Made by a program: the position numbers and the translations under genes. From the NCBI GenBank assembly GCA_001871765.1, contig MNVN01000015.1:1-50542 (forward strand): 50,542 bases of DNA, given 5' to 3'. Source of the DNA: Candidatus Nomurabacteria bacterium CG1_02_43_90. GTDB lineage: Bacteria > Patescibacteriota > Minisyncoccia > Phycocordibacterales > UBA1550. The notes beneath the pieces are model-generated. The model was not told where the DNA came from, did not search any database, and saw only the letters and a program-made list of their open reading frames with translations. This document shows positions 20,077 to 29,564 of the stretch, piece by piece; within the stretch, counting starts at the first letter, position 1; each line of letters begins with the position of its first letter.

Positions 20077-21174
20077 ATGGCTCTCGCAATCGGTATCGTC
20101 GGACTTCCGAACGTAGGCAAGTCTACGCTTTTTAATGCACTTACCAAAAAATCTGTTCCTGCGGAGAACTATCCATTTTGTACGATTGACCCCTCTGTAG
20201 GGGTGGTTGCGGTGCCTGATGAGCGTCTCTATCAGCTCGCAGAATTTTCTCATACAAAAAAAACGATTCCTGCTGCCGTGGAATTTGTCGATATTGCAGG
20301 GTTGGTAAAAGGCGCCAGTGAGGGTGAGGGCCTGGGTAATCAATTCCTTGCCCATATTCGCGAAACCGATGCTATTGCGCAAGTCGTGCGTATTTTTGAG
20401 GATAGCAATGTAATCCACGTGGATGGGAAGGTAGACCCCGTGTCGGATATTGAAACGATCGACCTCGAGCTCATTCTTGCTGACATGCAGACCGTGACCA
20501 AGCGCCTGGGGAATATTGAAAAGGACGTAAAGCGGGGCGACAAAGGCGCAATACAAGAGAAAGCAATTCTTCTCCGCATACAAGAAGGCCTTGAGGCAGA
20601 AAAGTTGGCGCGTGAAGTATCTCTCAACGACGAAGAGCTCGCTATTTTGCGCAGTATGCACCTCCTTACCATGAAGCCGATTTTATATGTATTGAACAAA
20701 AAAGCAGGCGGTAAAAATTTGGATGAAATAAAAGATGAACGTTATGAAAAACTCCTTGCGTATTTAGAAACGCGCAAAGCGAGCTTTGTGATTGTTGATG
20801 CAGGAGTAGAACACGATCTCTCGCAACTCGAAGGAGAAGAAAAAGAAATGTTCCGCGCCGAGCTTGGGGTGAAGGATGATGGCATCAATGACCTCATTAA
20901 GAAAAGTTACGAACTTCTCGGACTCGAAGTATATTTCACGACAGGGGAAGTAGAAACCCGTGCATGGACAATCAAGAAGGGGAGTACTGCTCCAATAGCA
21001 GGCATGGCCATTCATACAGATTTCAAAGATAAGTTTATTCGCGCTGAGGTTATCTTTTGGAAAGATTTGCTCGGCGTGGGCTCGTTTGCTACTGCGCGTG
21101 AAAAGGGGATGATGCGTATTGAGGGGAAGGAGTATATTGTGAAAGATGGCGATGTGATGGAGTTCCGCGTTTAG
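20077..21174 (+). CDS. ychF: Redox-regulated ATPase YchF
   Basis: GIVGLPNVGKSTLFNALT, NYPFCTIDP, DIAGLVKGASEGEGLGNQFL, EGKEYIVKDGD. Confidence 0.97.
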   Translation: MALAIGIVGLPNVGKSTLFNALTKKSVPAENYPFCTIDPSVGVVAVPDERLYQLAEFSHTKKTIPAAVEFVDIAGLVKGASEGEGLGNQFLAHIRETDAIAQVVRIFEDSNVIHVDGKVDPVSDIETIDLELILADMQTVTKRLGNIEKDVKRGDKGAIQEKAILLRIQEGLEAEKLAREVSLNDEELAILRSMHLLTMKPILYVLNKKAGGKNLDEIKDERYEKLLAYLETRKASFVIVDAGVEHDLSQLEGEEKEMFRAELGVKDDGINDLIKKSYELLGLEVYFTTGEVETRAWTIKKGSTAPIAGMAIHTDFKDKFIRAEVIFWKDLLGVGSFATAREKGMMRIEGKEYIVKDGDVMEFRV

Positions 21175-21234
21175 TCTTTAAATTAAACAAATATGCCTCA
21201 CTCTCGGGCTTGTAGAATAAGGAAATTTTTTCTA

Positions 21235-21263
21235 TTGACAGAGTAGCTTCGTAATGCTATACT
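21235..21263 (+). promoter_or_regulatory. Sigma70-type promoter
   Basis: TTGACA-17 bp-TATACT with extended TG. Confidence 0.7.
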
Positions 21264-21314
21264 TGATGTAGCTAATTTGGTTCATTTTTTTAATTTTTGA
21301 TCAGGGAGATCGAA

Positions 21315-21599
21315 ATGTTGAAAGCACTTTTGGATGGTCGTGGCACCATTGCTGTCGTTGCAACAAATGGCGTCGTATCTGCCGTCTGCGGTTGTGGTGG
21401 TCGTAATGCGAAGGATTACGACTTTGTCGCAGAAGTTGCCGACGAGCAGAGTTTCACTGCACCTCAATCATCGTGTGATTGCGGTGGCACGCGCGAAAAG
21501 ATGCACGAGAACATGGATGCGGGCGGTAAAGAAACCCATCACGCGAAGCCGGTACTCCGCAAGCATCATCGCGAAACCGTTCGCCGTATGACGGTTTAG
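21315..21599 (+). CDS. Hypothetical protein with paired CxCGG motifs
   Basis: SD AGGGAG before ATG 21315; CGCGG and CDCGG; own promoter and terminator. Confidence 0.6.
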   Translation: MLKALLDGRGTIAVVATNGVVSAVCGCGGRNAKDYDFVAEVADEQSFTAPQSSCDCGGTREKMHENMDAGGKETHHAKPVLRKHHRETVRRMTV

Positions 21600-21622
21600 C
21601 AGAACCGCACGGCCGAACAAAC

Positions 21623-21650
21623 AGGGCGCTTTCGTAAGAAAGCGCCCTTT
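21623..21650. terminator. Terminator between convergent genes
   Basis: AGGGCGCTTTC-gtaa-GAAAGCGCCCT with GNRA loop. Confidence 0.8.
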
Positions 21651-21681
21651 ACTATTTATCTATTTTGTTACGGTCGCCCCG

Positions 21682-22185
21682 CTATTTCTTCTTCAGCGCG
21701 TCAATTTCTTTCAGGAGTTCCGTGAGAGTCTTTTCCAGCTTCGTGAGTGCTTGCGCGTTTTTCTTTTTTTCTAGTTCTTCTTCGCGATCCTCTTCTTTTT
21801 CTTCTTCCTGTATTTCTTCAATATCTTCAGAAATCTCTTCGACGTCTTCTTGAATCTCCTCCACATCTTCAGAAATCTCCTCTACATCTTCTTGAATTTC
21901 GTCAATATCCTTTTCCACTTCACGCAGTTGTGCCGAGTTTCTGTTGACACTCATTTGAATAAAAATAGCGAGATAGATTGCCTCAAGCGATACGACAGTA
22001 GTGAGCACGAGAAGCACTGTCGCGAGGGGCACCCCCATGATTGCTAATACAAAAGTTCCGATAAAAAGAAGGGTATGTACAAAGAGTGACTGAATTGATC
22101 CAATCCAATTCGTAAAAGCAATTGCTATCTTCTCGAGCCTTGTTTCTTGGGGCCCCGTTATTTTTTTGTCAGACATCTTTTTCAT
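21682..22185 (-). CDS. DUF1003-like membrane protein with acidic heptad-repeat tail
   Basis: WIGS..LTTVVSLEAIYLAIFIQMSVNR, then (EEIQEDV/EEISEDV) repeats. Confidence 0.8.
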   Translation of the reverse strand: MKKMSDKKITGPQETRLEKIAIAFTNWIGSIQSLFVHTLLFIGTFVLAIMGVPLATVLLVLTTVVSLEAIYLAIFIQMSVNRNSAQLREVEKDIDEIQEDVEEISEDVEEIQEDVEEISEDIEEIQEEEKEEDREEELEKKKNAQALTKLEKTLTELLKEIDALKKK

Positions 22186-22245
22186 GGAAACAGTGTAGCA
22201 GAAAATTTTACTTTGATTAAGTCATCGAAAACCACCGAAAATATT

Positions 22246-22305
22246 TTTGTTCAACTATAGACGTATACGATACTATAGTATATTATACGTCTATAGTTGA
22301 ACAAA
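22246..22305. repeat. Perfect 22-bp inverted repeat with a palindromic spacer
   Basis: TTTGTTCAACTATAGACGTATA / TATACGTCTATAGTTGAACAAA; spacer contains the palindrome ATACTATAGTAT. Confidence 0.85.
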
Positions 22306-22331
22306 TTCCTGATGAAGGTATAATTACTTAC

Positions 22332-22928
22332 ATGGAAAAAAACACAACCCCACCAACGCCACCGGAAGCTATTACCAACCGTGTCCCCCAAAAGCGTCAC
22401 CCACTTTTTAAATGGATACTGGTATTTGGTATTGCTATTGTTGCTAATCTTTTTTTGAATTATGCACTCGATGCTTTTTATCCAAATCCACTATTTGAAA
22501 CATTTTGCCCTCAGAAAGAAGTCGTAACACCTATTACTGAAGAAAAGGCGTGTCGCAGTGCCGGTGGTCAATGGACAAATGATCCCTACAAATATGTTGG
22601 GGTGAGCGCGCCGATACCCGCAGGTGCACCGCTGGGTTACTGTAAGGAGAATTATACATGTGGGAAAAACTACGAGGAGGCAATGAAGATGTACAATCGA
22701 AATATTTTTATCGTATTGGTTATTGCAGGCACCGCACTATTGATTGGAAGTATTTTTTCCTCTGCCATAGAAGCAGTTGCTCTTGGCTTCTCGTTTGCGG
22801 GCATCTTGTCCCTTGTTATCGGTACTATGCGCTACTGGGGAAGTATGGATGACCGTTTGCGCGTGGTGGTACTTGGCTTCGCTCTTACTGCACTCGTGTG
22901 GATAGGGATTAAAAAGTTTAAGGACTAA
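22332..22928 (+). CDS. Hypothetical membrane protein with Cys-containing extracellular loop
   Basis: One TM, a loop with 4 Cys, then three TMs; TATAAT 7 nt upstream of ATG. Confidence 0.8.
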   Translation: MEKNTTPPTPPEAITNRVPQKRHPLFKWILVFGIAIVANLFLNYALDAFYPNPLFETFCPQKEVVTPITEEKACRSAGGQWTNDPYKYVGVSAPIPAGAPLGYCKENYTCGKNYEEAMKMYNRNIFIVLVIAGTALLIGSIFSSAIEAVALGFSFAGILSLVIGTMRYWGSMDDRLRVVVLGFALTALVWIGIKKFKD

Positions 22929-22931
22929 GGT

Positions 22932-25769
22932 ATGGTCGAAAAGTATGACCACAAGGCTCTAGAAAAAAAATGGCAAGATGCATGGGAAGCGTCGGGGGTT
23001 TACCGCGCCGAGAGTGGCGCCTCAAAGCCCAAAAAATACATACTCGACATGTTCCCGTATCCTTCAGGAGAGGGTCTTCATGTGGGGCATCCAAAGGGGT
23101 ACATCGCAACAGATGTATATTCTCGCGCAAAGCGTATGCAGGGGTTCAACGTGCTCCATCCTATGGGGTGGGATGCTTTTGGCCTACCTGCAGAAAATTA
23201 TGCGATAAAAATGAAGACGAACCCGGTAGAGATGACCGAGAAAAATGTCGCGCGGTACAAGAAGCAACTTTCGAGTATTGGTTGTGATTATGATTGGACA
23301 CGCGAAGTGAACACAACCGACCCAGCGTTCTACAAATGGACGCAATGGATATTTTTAAAAATGTTTGAGCGGGGGCTTGCGTACGAGTCGTATGAACCCA
23401 TCAACTGGTGCCCCACGTGCCAGACAGGTCTTGCCAACGAAGACCTTGAAGATGGAAAGTGTGAACGCTGCGATACTCCTGTCGAGAAAAAGCCAATGCG
23501 TCAGTGGGTGCTCCGCATTACCGACTATGCTAATCGTATGCTTGCTGACCTTAATACCCTTGATTGGCCAACGTCTATCAAAGAGTCACAGAAAAATTGG
23601 ATAGGGAGGAGTGTCGGGGCGGAGATTGACTTCATTGTTGATGGTAGTGATAAACTCATCACCGTATTCACGACACGCCCCGACACTCTTTTTGGGGCGA
23701 CGTACTGTGTCCTTGCTCCCGAGCATAAACTTGTTGATGAACTCAAAGGGTCAATACTAAATTTTAGTGAAGTCGAAAAGTATCGTACCGAAACAAAAGC
23801 CCGCACGGAGATAGAGCGCACGGCAGAGGGTCGAGAGAAGACTGGTATAAGGCTTGAAGGTGTTTTTGCTGTCAATCCCGCCAACAACGAGAAACTCCCC
23901 ATCTTTATCGCGGATTATGTATTGGGGAATTACGGCACCGGCGCCGTGATGGCAGTACCTGCCCATGATGAGCGCGATTTTTATTTTGCGAAGAAGCTTG
24001 GGTTATCTATTAAACAAGTTGTTGCTTCGGTGTTTGTTGATAGTGTGAATCCGCCAAAAGATGGGGCTGAAGATACGATTCGCTATGGCGTTATTCTTAT
24101 GATTAAACATTGGGAGGAAGATAAATATCTCATAAATTATTCTCCAAAATTCAACTGGAAATGTTTATTTACTGGCGGAATCGAAGAGAATGAAGATCCC
24201 TTAGAAGCCGCTGTTAGAGAAATGAGAGAGGAAACTGGTTATCAAAATATAAAAGAAATACATTATATTCCTCTTGAGCATGTTGATAAATTCCATGCAC
24301 CCCACAAAGGGGTCAATAGAGTTGTCTATCAAAAAAATATTTTTATACAACTTGCAGACGGCGAAACAAAAGAGAGAAGCAAAGAAGAAAAAGACTTGCA
24401 TCACATTAGTTGGCTTACAAAAGAAGAAATGCTAAAGACGATATCTCTTCCTAATCACCTTTATATTTTCGAAACAGAATTTTTACAAGGACGGGCGTTA
24501 GCAGGAGAAGGGGTTTTGTTCAATTCAGGATCTTTTGATGGTCTTTCAAATGAAGATGCAAAACGTAGAATCACCGATTTTGTGCAAGGTCGGTGGGTGA
24601 CTAAGTATCGCCTCAAAGACTGGGTATTTTCTCGCCAGCGTTACTGGGGTGAACCAATACCTATTATTCATTGCGAGAAGTGTGGCGTTGTTCCCGTTCC
24701 TGAGGCAGATTTACCCGTCATGCTTCCTCATGTAGAATCCTATGCGCCAACTGGTACCGGCGAGTCACCGCTTGCAGATATTGCCGAGTGGGTGAATACT
24801 GTTTGTCCACAATGCGGGGGTGTAGGCAAACGCGAGACAAACACGATGCCTCAGTGGGCAGGTTCGTCGTGGTATTATGTGCGCTATATTGACCCGAAGA
24901 ATAATGAAGTACTCGTTGATAAAGAAAAGGAAAAGTATTGGTCACCAGTAGATATGTACGTAGGGGGCGCAGAACACGCCACACGCCACCTTATTTACGC
25001 GCGCTTCTACCATAAGTTTCTGCACGATATTGGTGTAGTGAATTACGAGGAGCCGTTTATGCGTTTGCAAAACGTGGGGCTCATCATGGCAGAGGATGGA
25101 CGCAAGATGAGTAAGCGGTGGGGGAATGTAGTGAACCCCGACGATGTTATCGCGGAATATGGAGCCGACACGCTTCGCTTATACGAAATGTTTATGGGTC
25201 CGTTTAGTCAATCCGTCGCATGGAGTACAGAGAGTATCATTGGCCCCCGACGCTTTCTCGAGCGTGTGTGGCGACTTCAAGAAAAAATAGTCACCGAAGG
25301 AAATCAGTCCCTTGAGATGATCCTACATAAGACCATTCAAAAAGTGAGTGAAGATATTGAGTCATTTAGTTTTAATACAGCGATCTCCACCTTGATGATC
25401 CTTCTTAATGAGATGGAAAAAGTTTCAATTTCGCGGAAGCAGTATGAAGTGCTCTTGCTTCTTCTCGCCCCCTTTGCTCCTCATCTTACGGAAGAGTTAT
25501 GGCAATTAGTAGCGAATACATCGTCAATCCATGTTTCTTCGTGGCCTGTTTTTGACGCAACAAAAGTAATTGCAACAGAGATGACCATTGCAATTCAAGT
25601 AAACGGAAAGGTCCGCGATGAGGTCGTGTTTGGCAAAGATACTACCGATGATGAGATAAAAGAGGCAGTACAGGCTCGAGAAACTATTAAAAAATGGACA
25701 GAAGGGAAGACCGTTAAAAAACTAATCCTAGTTCCCGGGAGACTTGTCAATATCGTGGTCACGGATTAG
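22932..25769 (+). CDS. leuS: Leucyl-tRNA synthetase with inserted Nudix domain
   Basis: MFPYPSG..LHVGH, FTTRPDT editing motif, SRQRYWG, KMSKR; Nudix box GGIEENEDPLEAAVREMREETGY. Confidence 0.96.
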   Translation: MVEKYDHKALEKKWQDAWEASGVYRAESGASKPKKYILDMFPYPSGEGLHVGHPKGYIATDVYSRAKRMQGFNVLHPMGWDAFGLPAENYAIKMKTNPVEMTEKNVARYKKQLSSIGCDYDWTREVNTTDPAFYKWTQWIFLKMFERGLAYESYEPINWCPTCQTGLANEDLEDGKCERCDTPVEKKPMRQWVLRITDYANRMLADLNTLDWPTSIKESQKNWIGRSVGAEIDFIVDGSDKLITVFTTRPDTLFGATYCVLAPEHKLVDELKGSILNFSEVEKYRTETKARTEIERTAEGREKTGIRLEGVFAVNPANNEKLPIFIADYVLGNYGTGAVMAVPAHDERDFYFAKKLGLSIKQVVASVFVDSVNPPKDGAEDTIRYGVILMIKHWEEDKYLINYSPKFNWKCLFTGGIEENEDPLEAAVREMREETGYQNIKEIHYIPLEHVDKFHAPHKGVNRVVYQKNIFIQLADGETKERSKEEKDLHHISWLTKEEMLKTISLPNHLYIFETEFLQGRALAGEGVLFNSGSFDGLSNEDAKRRITDFVQGRWVTKYRLKDWVFSRQRYWGEPIPIIHCEKCGVVPVPEADLPVMLPHVESYAPTGTGESPLADIAEWVNTVCPQCGGVGKRETNTMPQWAGSSWYYVRYIDPKNNEVLVDKEKEKYWSPVDMYVGGAEHATRHLIYARFYHKFLHDIGVVNYEEPFMRLQNVGLIMAEDGRKMSKRWGNVVNPDDVIAEYGADTLRLYEMFMGPFSQSVAWSTESIIGPRRFLERVWRLQEKIVTEGNQSLEMILHKTIQKVSEDIESFSFNTAISTLMILLNEMEKVSISRKQYEVLLLLLAPFAPHLTEELWQLVANTSSIHVSSWPVFDATKVIATEMTIAIQVNGKVRDEVVFGKDTTDDEIKEAVQARETIKKWTEGKTVKKLILVPGRLVNIVVTD

Positions 25770-25905
25770 GCTCTATCTCTTAAGGGTTTTCAGGGTAACC
25801 TCTAGTAAGGGAAGAAAATCCTTGACTTTATACACCTTTAATGCTAAAACATAAGTACTTTGTGTCCGAGAGAAATTAGTAAATAGTAAATTTTTATAAT
25901 TATAT

Positions 25906-26934
25906 ATGTCTGTCATTACATTTAAACCAAAGCAAGTCGTAAAAAGACTTCTTTCATCTTTGTCACCACGCGCACTCGACGTGATGATCAAGCGCTACGG
26001 CCTCGGTGATGATACTGAACGTATGACCCTCGAAGCCATCGGCAAGACCTATGGCATTACGCGTGAGCGTGTTCGTCAGATTGAAAATTTTGCACTCGCA
26101 TCAATCAAAAAGTCAGACTCTTTCAAAAAAGAATCATCAACGTTTGAAGAACTCAACAAGCTTATTATCTCTATGGGGGGCGTTGTTTGTGAAGAAGATT
26201 TCCTCATGCATGTTTCAAAAGATTTGAGTACACAAAATCACCTCTATTTTCTCTTGGTTCTCGGTGATCAATTTAAGCGTGAAAAAGAAGATGATTACTT
26301 CCGTCATCGTTGGATTGTTGACGATAAGGTTTCTATGAAAGTGCACGAAGCAATTCGCGACCTCTACAAGGCACTTTCTCATGAAGATTTAATCCCCGAA
26401 GGCGAAATCGTTGCAGCATTCCTCTCACACTTGAAGGACGTTTCTGATGAATATAAAAACGAAGAGATTACCAAGCGTTGGCTCTCCCTTTCAAAAACGA
26501 TTGCAAAAAATCCTCTTGGAGAATGGGGTGTAGCGCACTCGCCCAATGTAAATGCACGCGGTATGCGCGATTATGCATACCTTATTATCCGCAAGCACGG
26601 ATCTCCGATGCACTTCACCGAAGTTGCAAAGGCAATCACGCAGATTTTTGGAAAGAAAGCCCACATTGCAACGTGTCATAACGAGCTTATCAAGGATAGT
26701 CGTTTCGTCCTTGTTGGTCGGGGACTCTACGCGCTCTCTTCTTGGGGTTATGAAAAAGGAGTAGTAAAGGATGTGATCGCAAAAGTGCTCAAAAAAGAAG
26801 GACCACTTACCAAGAAAGATATCATTGACCGTGTACTCAAAGAGCGTTATGTAAAAGAGAATACTGTTTTTGTAAATCTACAGGATACGAAACTCTTTAA
26901 ACGAACAAAGGACGGTAAGTATGCAATGGCATAA
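25906..26934 (+). CDS. Sigma70 region-4 HTH plus winged-helix (HARE-HTH-like) protein
   Basis: RYGL..MTLEAIGKTYGITRERVRQIE; C-terminal PMHFTEVA..HNELIKDSRFVLVGRGLYAL. Confidence 0.8.
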   Translation: MSVITFKPKQVVKRLLSSLSPRALDVMIKRYGLGDDTERMTLEAIGKTYGITRERVRQIENFALASIKKSDSFKKESSTFEELNKLIISMGGVVCEEDFLMHVSKDLSTQNHLYFLLVLGDQFKREKEDDYFRHRWIVDDKVSMKVHEAIRDLYKALSHEDLIPEGEIVAAFLSHLKDVSDEYKNEEITKRWLSLSKTIAKNPLGEWGVAHSPNVNARGMRDYAYLIIRKHGSPMHFTEVAKAITQIFGKKAHIATCHNELIKDSRFVLVGRGLYALSSWGYEKGVVKDVIAKVLKKEGPLTKKDIIDRVLKERYVKENTVFVNLQDTKLFKRTKDGKYAMA

Positions 26935-26953
26935 CATACGTCGGTAACATTTT

Positions 26954-27024
26954 CCAAAGCTCATAAAGTTTTAAAAGTAGATGCTTGTGCAAATACTCTT
27001 AGGCTTTATGGGCTTTTGGTTTTT
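26954..27024 (+). terminator. Long hairpin plus T tract
   Basis: AAAGCTCATAAAG.../...CTTTATGGGCTTT arms followed by TTTTTT. Confidence 0.55.
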
Positions 27025-27064
27025 TACCTTGCACACGCCCCTCACCCGCGGTATGATAGAGAGT

Positions 27065-28300
27065 ATGAACGCATTTCAAACCCTTGATTTTTTGGGGCTT
27101 TATAATCAAGTCAACGCAACCCTCCTTTCTTTTTTCGCGCTGTTCCCTTACTGGGCACCAATTATTTTAGGGACACTCTTTTGGCGACATTGGGTGCGCT
27201 ATGTTCAAGCGCGGTATATTTCGAATATTAATTGGGTTATTCTTGAAATCAAAATTCCAAGAGAAACAAATAAGTCACCTCTTGCTATGGAAATAGCTCT
27301 CGGTGCACTTTTCCAGGGAGGAAAAATAAATTGGTACGATAAATATCGTAAAGGAAAAGTCCGCGATTGGTTTTCTTTGGAAATGGTATCAATCGAAGGG
27401 CAGATTCGGTTTTTCATTCGTACCTCTGCTATTTATAAAAATGTTATTGAGGCACAGTTGTATGCGCAATACCCTGACGTTGAGATCTATGAAGTTCCTG
27501 ACTATTCCCGCTACGTCGATTATCAAGGGAAAGAAGGAGAGTGGGAGATGATTGGCGCGGAGTACAAACTTAGCAAAGCAGATCCGTATCCGATAAAAAC
27601 ATACATTGACTATGGTCTCGACAAGGACCCAAAGGAAGAATTTAAAATTGACCCACTAACCTCAGTTATTGAGTATCTCGGATCAGCAGGCAAAGGTGAG
27701 CAAGTTTGGATTCAAATCATCGTGCAGGCTGCAGACACTCGCTATACAAAGAAGGGGGGAGAGAAGGGTGACTGGAAAGATGAAGGGAAAGAAATTATTG
27801 ATGAGCTTACGAAACGCAACGAGAAAACTCCTGAGGGTATGCCATCTTTCAAGATGATGATGACCACAAAAGGAGAAGGTGAGATTGTCGCTGCCATTGA
27901 ACGTAGTATGGGGAAACTTGGCTTTGATGTGGGTATCCGTGCGCTCTATCTCTCAAAAAAAGACAAGTTTAATCCAAGCAATATCAAGGCTCTAGGTGGA
28001 CTTTTCCGGGCTTTTAATTCGAATAACCTTAATGGATTTAGGTATGCAGATCAGGCTATTGGATGGGACTATCCCTGGCAAGACTATGAAAAAATACGGA
28101 TTACTAAAAAACGCAAAGAATTTTTTGAGGCATACAAGTATCGCGCTTGGTTCCATGACCCGCGCAAGCTCACACCGTTTGTTTTGACCACCGAGGAATT
28201 GGCAACAGTCTTTCATTTCCCTGGTGGCGTTGCACAAACCCCAACGTTTGGTCGTATTTCTTCGCGCAAATCAGAGGCACCGGTCAACTTACCTATATAG
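27065..28300 (+). CDS. Conserved membrane-anchored hypothetical protein (CPR-type)
   Basis: TTGCAC-17-TATGAT promoter, ATG 7 nt later; motifs LEIKIPRE, FSLEMVS, YAQYPDVEI, YPIKTY, EELATVFHFP. Confidence 0.75.
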   Translation: MNAFQTLDFLGLYNQVNATLLSFFALFPYWAPIILGTLFWRHWVRYVQARYISNINWVILEIKIPRETNKSPLAMEIALGALFQGGKINWYDKYRKGKVRDWFSLEMVSIEGQIRFFIRTSAIYKNVIEAQLYAQYPDVEIYEVPDYSRYVDYQGKEGEWEMIGAEYKLSKADPYPIKTYIDYGLDKDPKEEFKIDPLTSVIEYLGSAGKGEQVWIQIIVQAADTRYTKKGGEKGDWKDEGKEIIDELTKRNEKTPEGMPSFKMMMTTKGEGEIVAAIERSMGKLGFDVGIRALYLSKKDKFNPSNIKALGGLFRAFNSNNLNGFRYADQAIGWDYPWQDYEKIRITKKRKEFFEAYKYRAWFHDPRKLTPFVLTTEELATVFHFPGGVAQTPTFGRISSRKSEAPVNLPI

Positions 28301-28392
28301 AGCTTTTTGGAGAGCCTGGGAGATATTATCGACCGATTTGGTGTTATATACAATAAGCAAATAAAGAAATCTTTAATTTAAAATTAAATGGA

Positions 28393-29457
28393 ATGAATGA
28401 AACACAAGTAGAAGGGACAAACAAAGAAGATGAATTATCGTCAGAAGAAATAAAAAGAAAAACAACAGGAGAAGAGATCTCTCTTTTTATTGAGTCTATT
28501 CGTTTTGGAAAACAACGATCGAAAGTGTTGCTATTTTTTGTGCTCCTCATTGTATTTTTTTCTGCAACAATCTCTTTTTTCCTTATGCCACCACTCGATT
28601 TTCCTCTTGATAAAACAATTGTAATTAAAAATGGTTTTTCTTTGGGGCAAGTTTCATTTCTTTTGGAAGACCAACATCTTATTCGTTCGCGCCTTCTTTT
28701 TGAGTTCTGTGCTATGGTGGTCGGAAAAGACAAGGAATTGCGCGCTGGTACATATTTATTGGAAACTCCCGTCGGTGCTTGTGGGCTCGCACTCCGTATC
28801 ACCGCGGGTAATTTGGGTGTGCCTGTCGTGAAGGCAACAATACCCGAAGGGCTATCTAATAGGAAAATAGCAGGTATCCTCTCCGCAAAACTTCCCCAAT
28901 TTGATGCTACTTTTTTCATGAATGATACGAAGTCTCAAGAAGGATATTTGTTTCCGGACACCTACTTCTTCTCAAGAGAAGCAACTGCACAAGAAGTTGA
29001 AGCAATGATGCGTGCCAATTTTGATAAAAAAATCGCGACGATAAAGCCTCTTATTGATGCGTCGAACCACTCCCTTAAAGACATCATTATCATGGCTTCA
29101 ATTCTTGAAAAAGAAGCGGTGAATGATACCGACCGGGAGATAGTAGCGGGCATTTTATGGAAACGTATTGAAATAGGGATGCCTCTCCAAATTGATGCAT
29201 CCTTCCTTTATCTTTTAGGGAAGAAATCAAGTGAGCTTACCTTGGAAGATTTACAAATGGATTCTCTTTATAATACGTACCGCAACCGTGGGCTCCCCGC
29301 AGGACCTATTGGGAATCCTGGACTCTCAGCTCTCCATGCGGCATTAAGCTCCCGTGAATCTCCATATCTATACTATCTGTCAGATAATAATGGGGTGATG
29401 CATTATTCAAAAAATTTTAAGGAACACAAAGCAAATAAAATGAAATATTTGAGGTAG
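28393..29457 (+). CDS. mltG: Endolytic transglycosylase MltG (YceG)
   Basis: TIPEG, EGYLFPDTY, MASILEKE, LQIDA, YNTYRNRGLPAGPIGNPG. Confidence 0.95.
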   Translation: MNETQVEGTNKEDELSSEEIKRKTTGEEISLFIESIRFGKQRSKVLLFFVLLIVFFSATISFFLMPPLDFPLDKTIVIKNGFSLGQVSFLLEDQHLIRSRLLFEFCAMVVGKDKELRAGTYLLETPVGACGLALRITAGNLGVPVVKATIPEGLSNRKIAGILSAKLPQFDATFFMNDTKSQEGYLFPDTYFFSREATAQEVEAMMRANFDKKIATIKPLIDASNHSLKDIIIMASILEKEAVNDTDREIVAGILWKRIEIGMPLQIDASFLYLLGKKSSELTLEDLQMDSLYNTYRNRGLPAGPIGNPGLSALHAALSSRESPYLYYLSDNNGVMHYSKNFKEHKANKMKYLR

Positions 29458-29564
29458 TTTTTGACACGATGATGACATTTTGATATGGTTTGCGAAGGAA
29501 ATGCCTAAGCTGAAATAAGGCCGTGCGTTTTATTGTTCATAAACAAGGAAAGAGGAGAACTTAA

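Noticed and set aside
22266-22295. dif-like site (..GTATATTAT..) within the palindrome
   Set aside because: Only the centre resembles dif; the XerD arm TTATGTTAAAT is not matched
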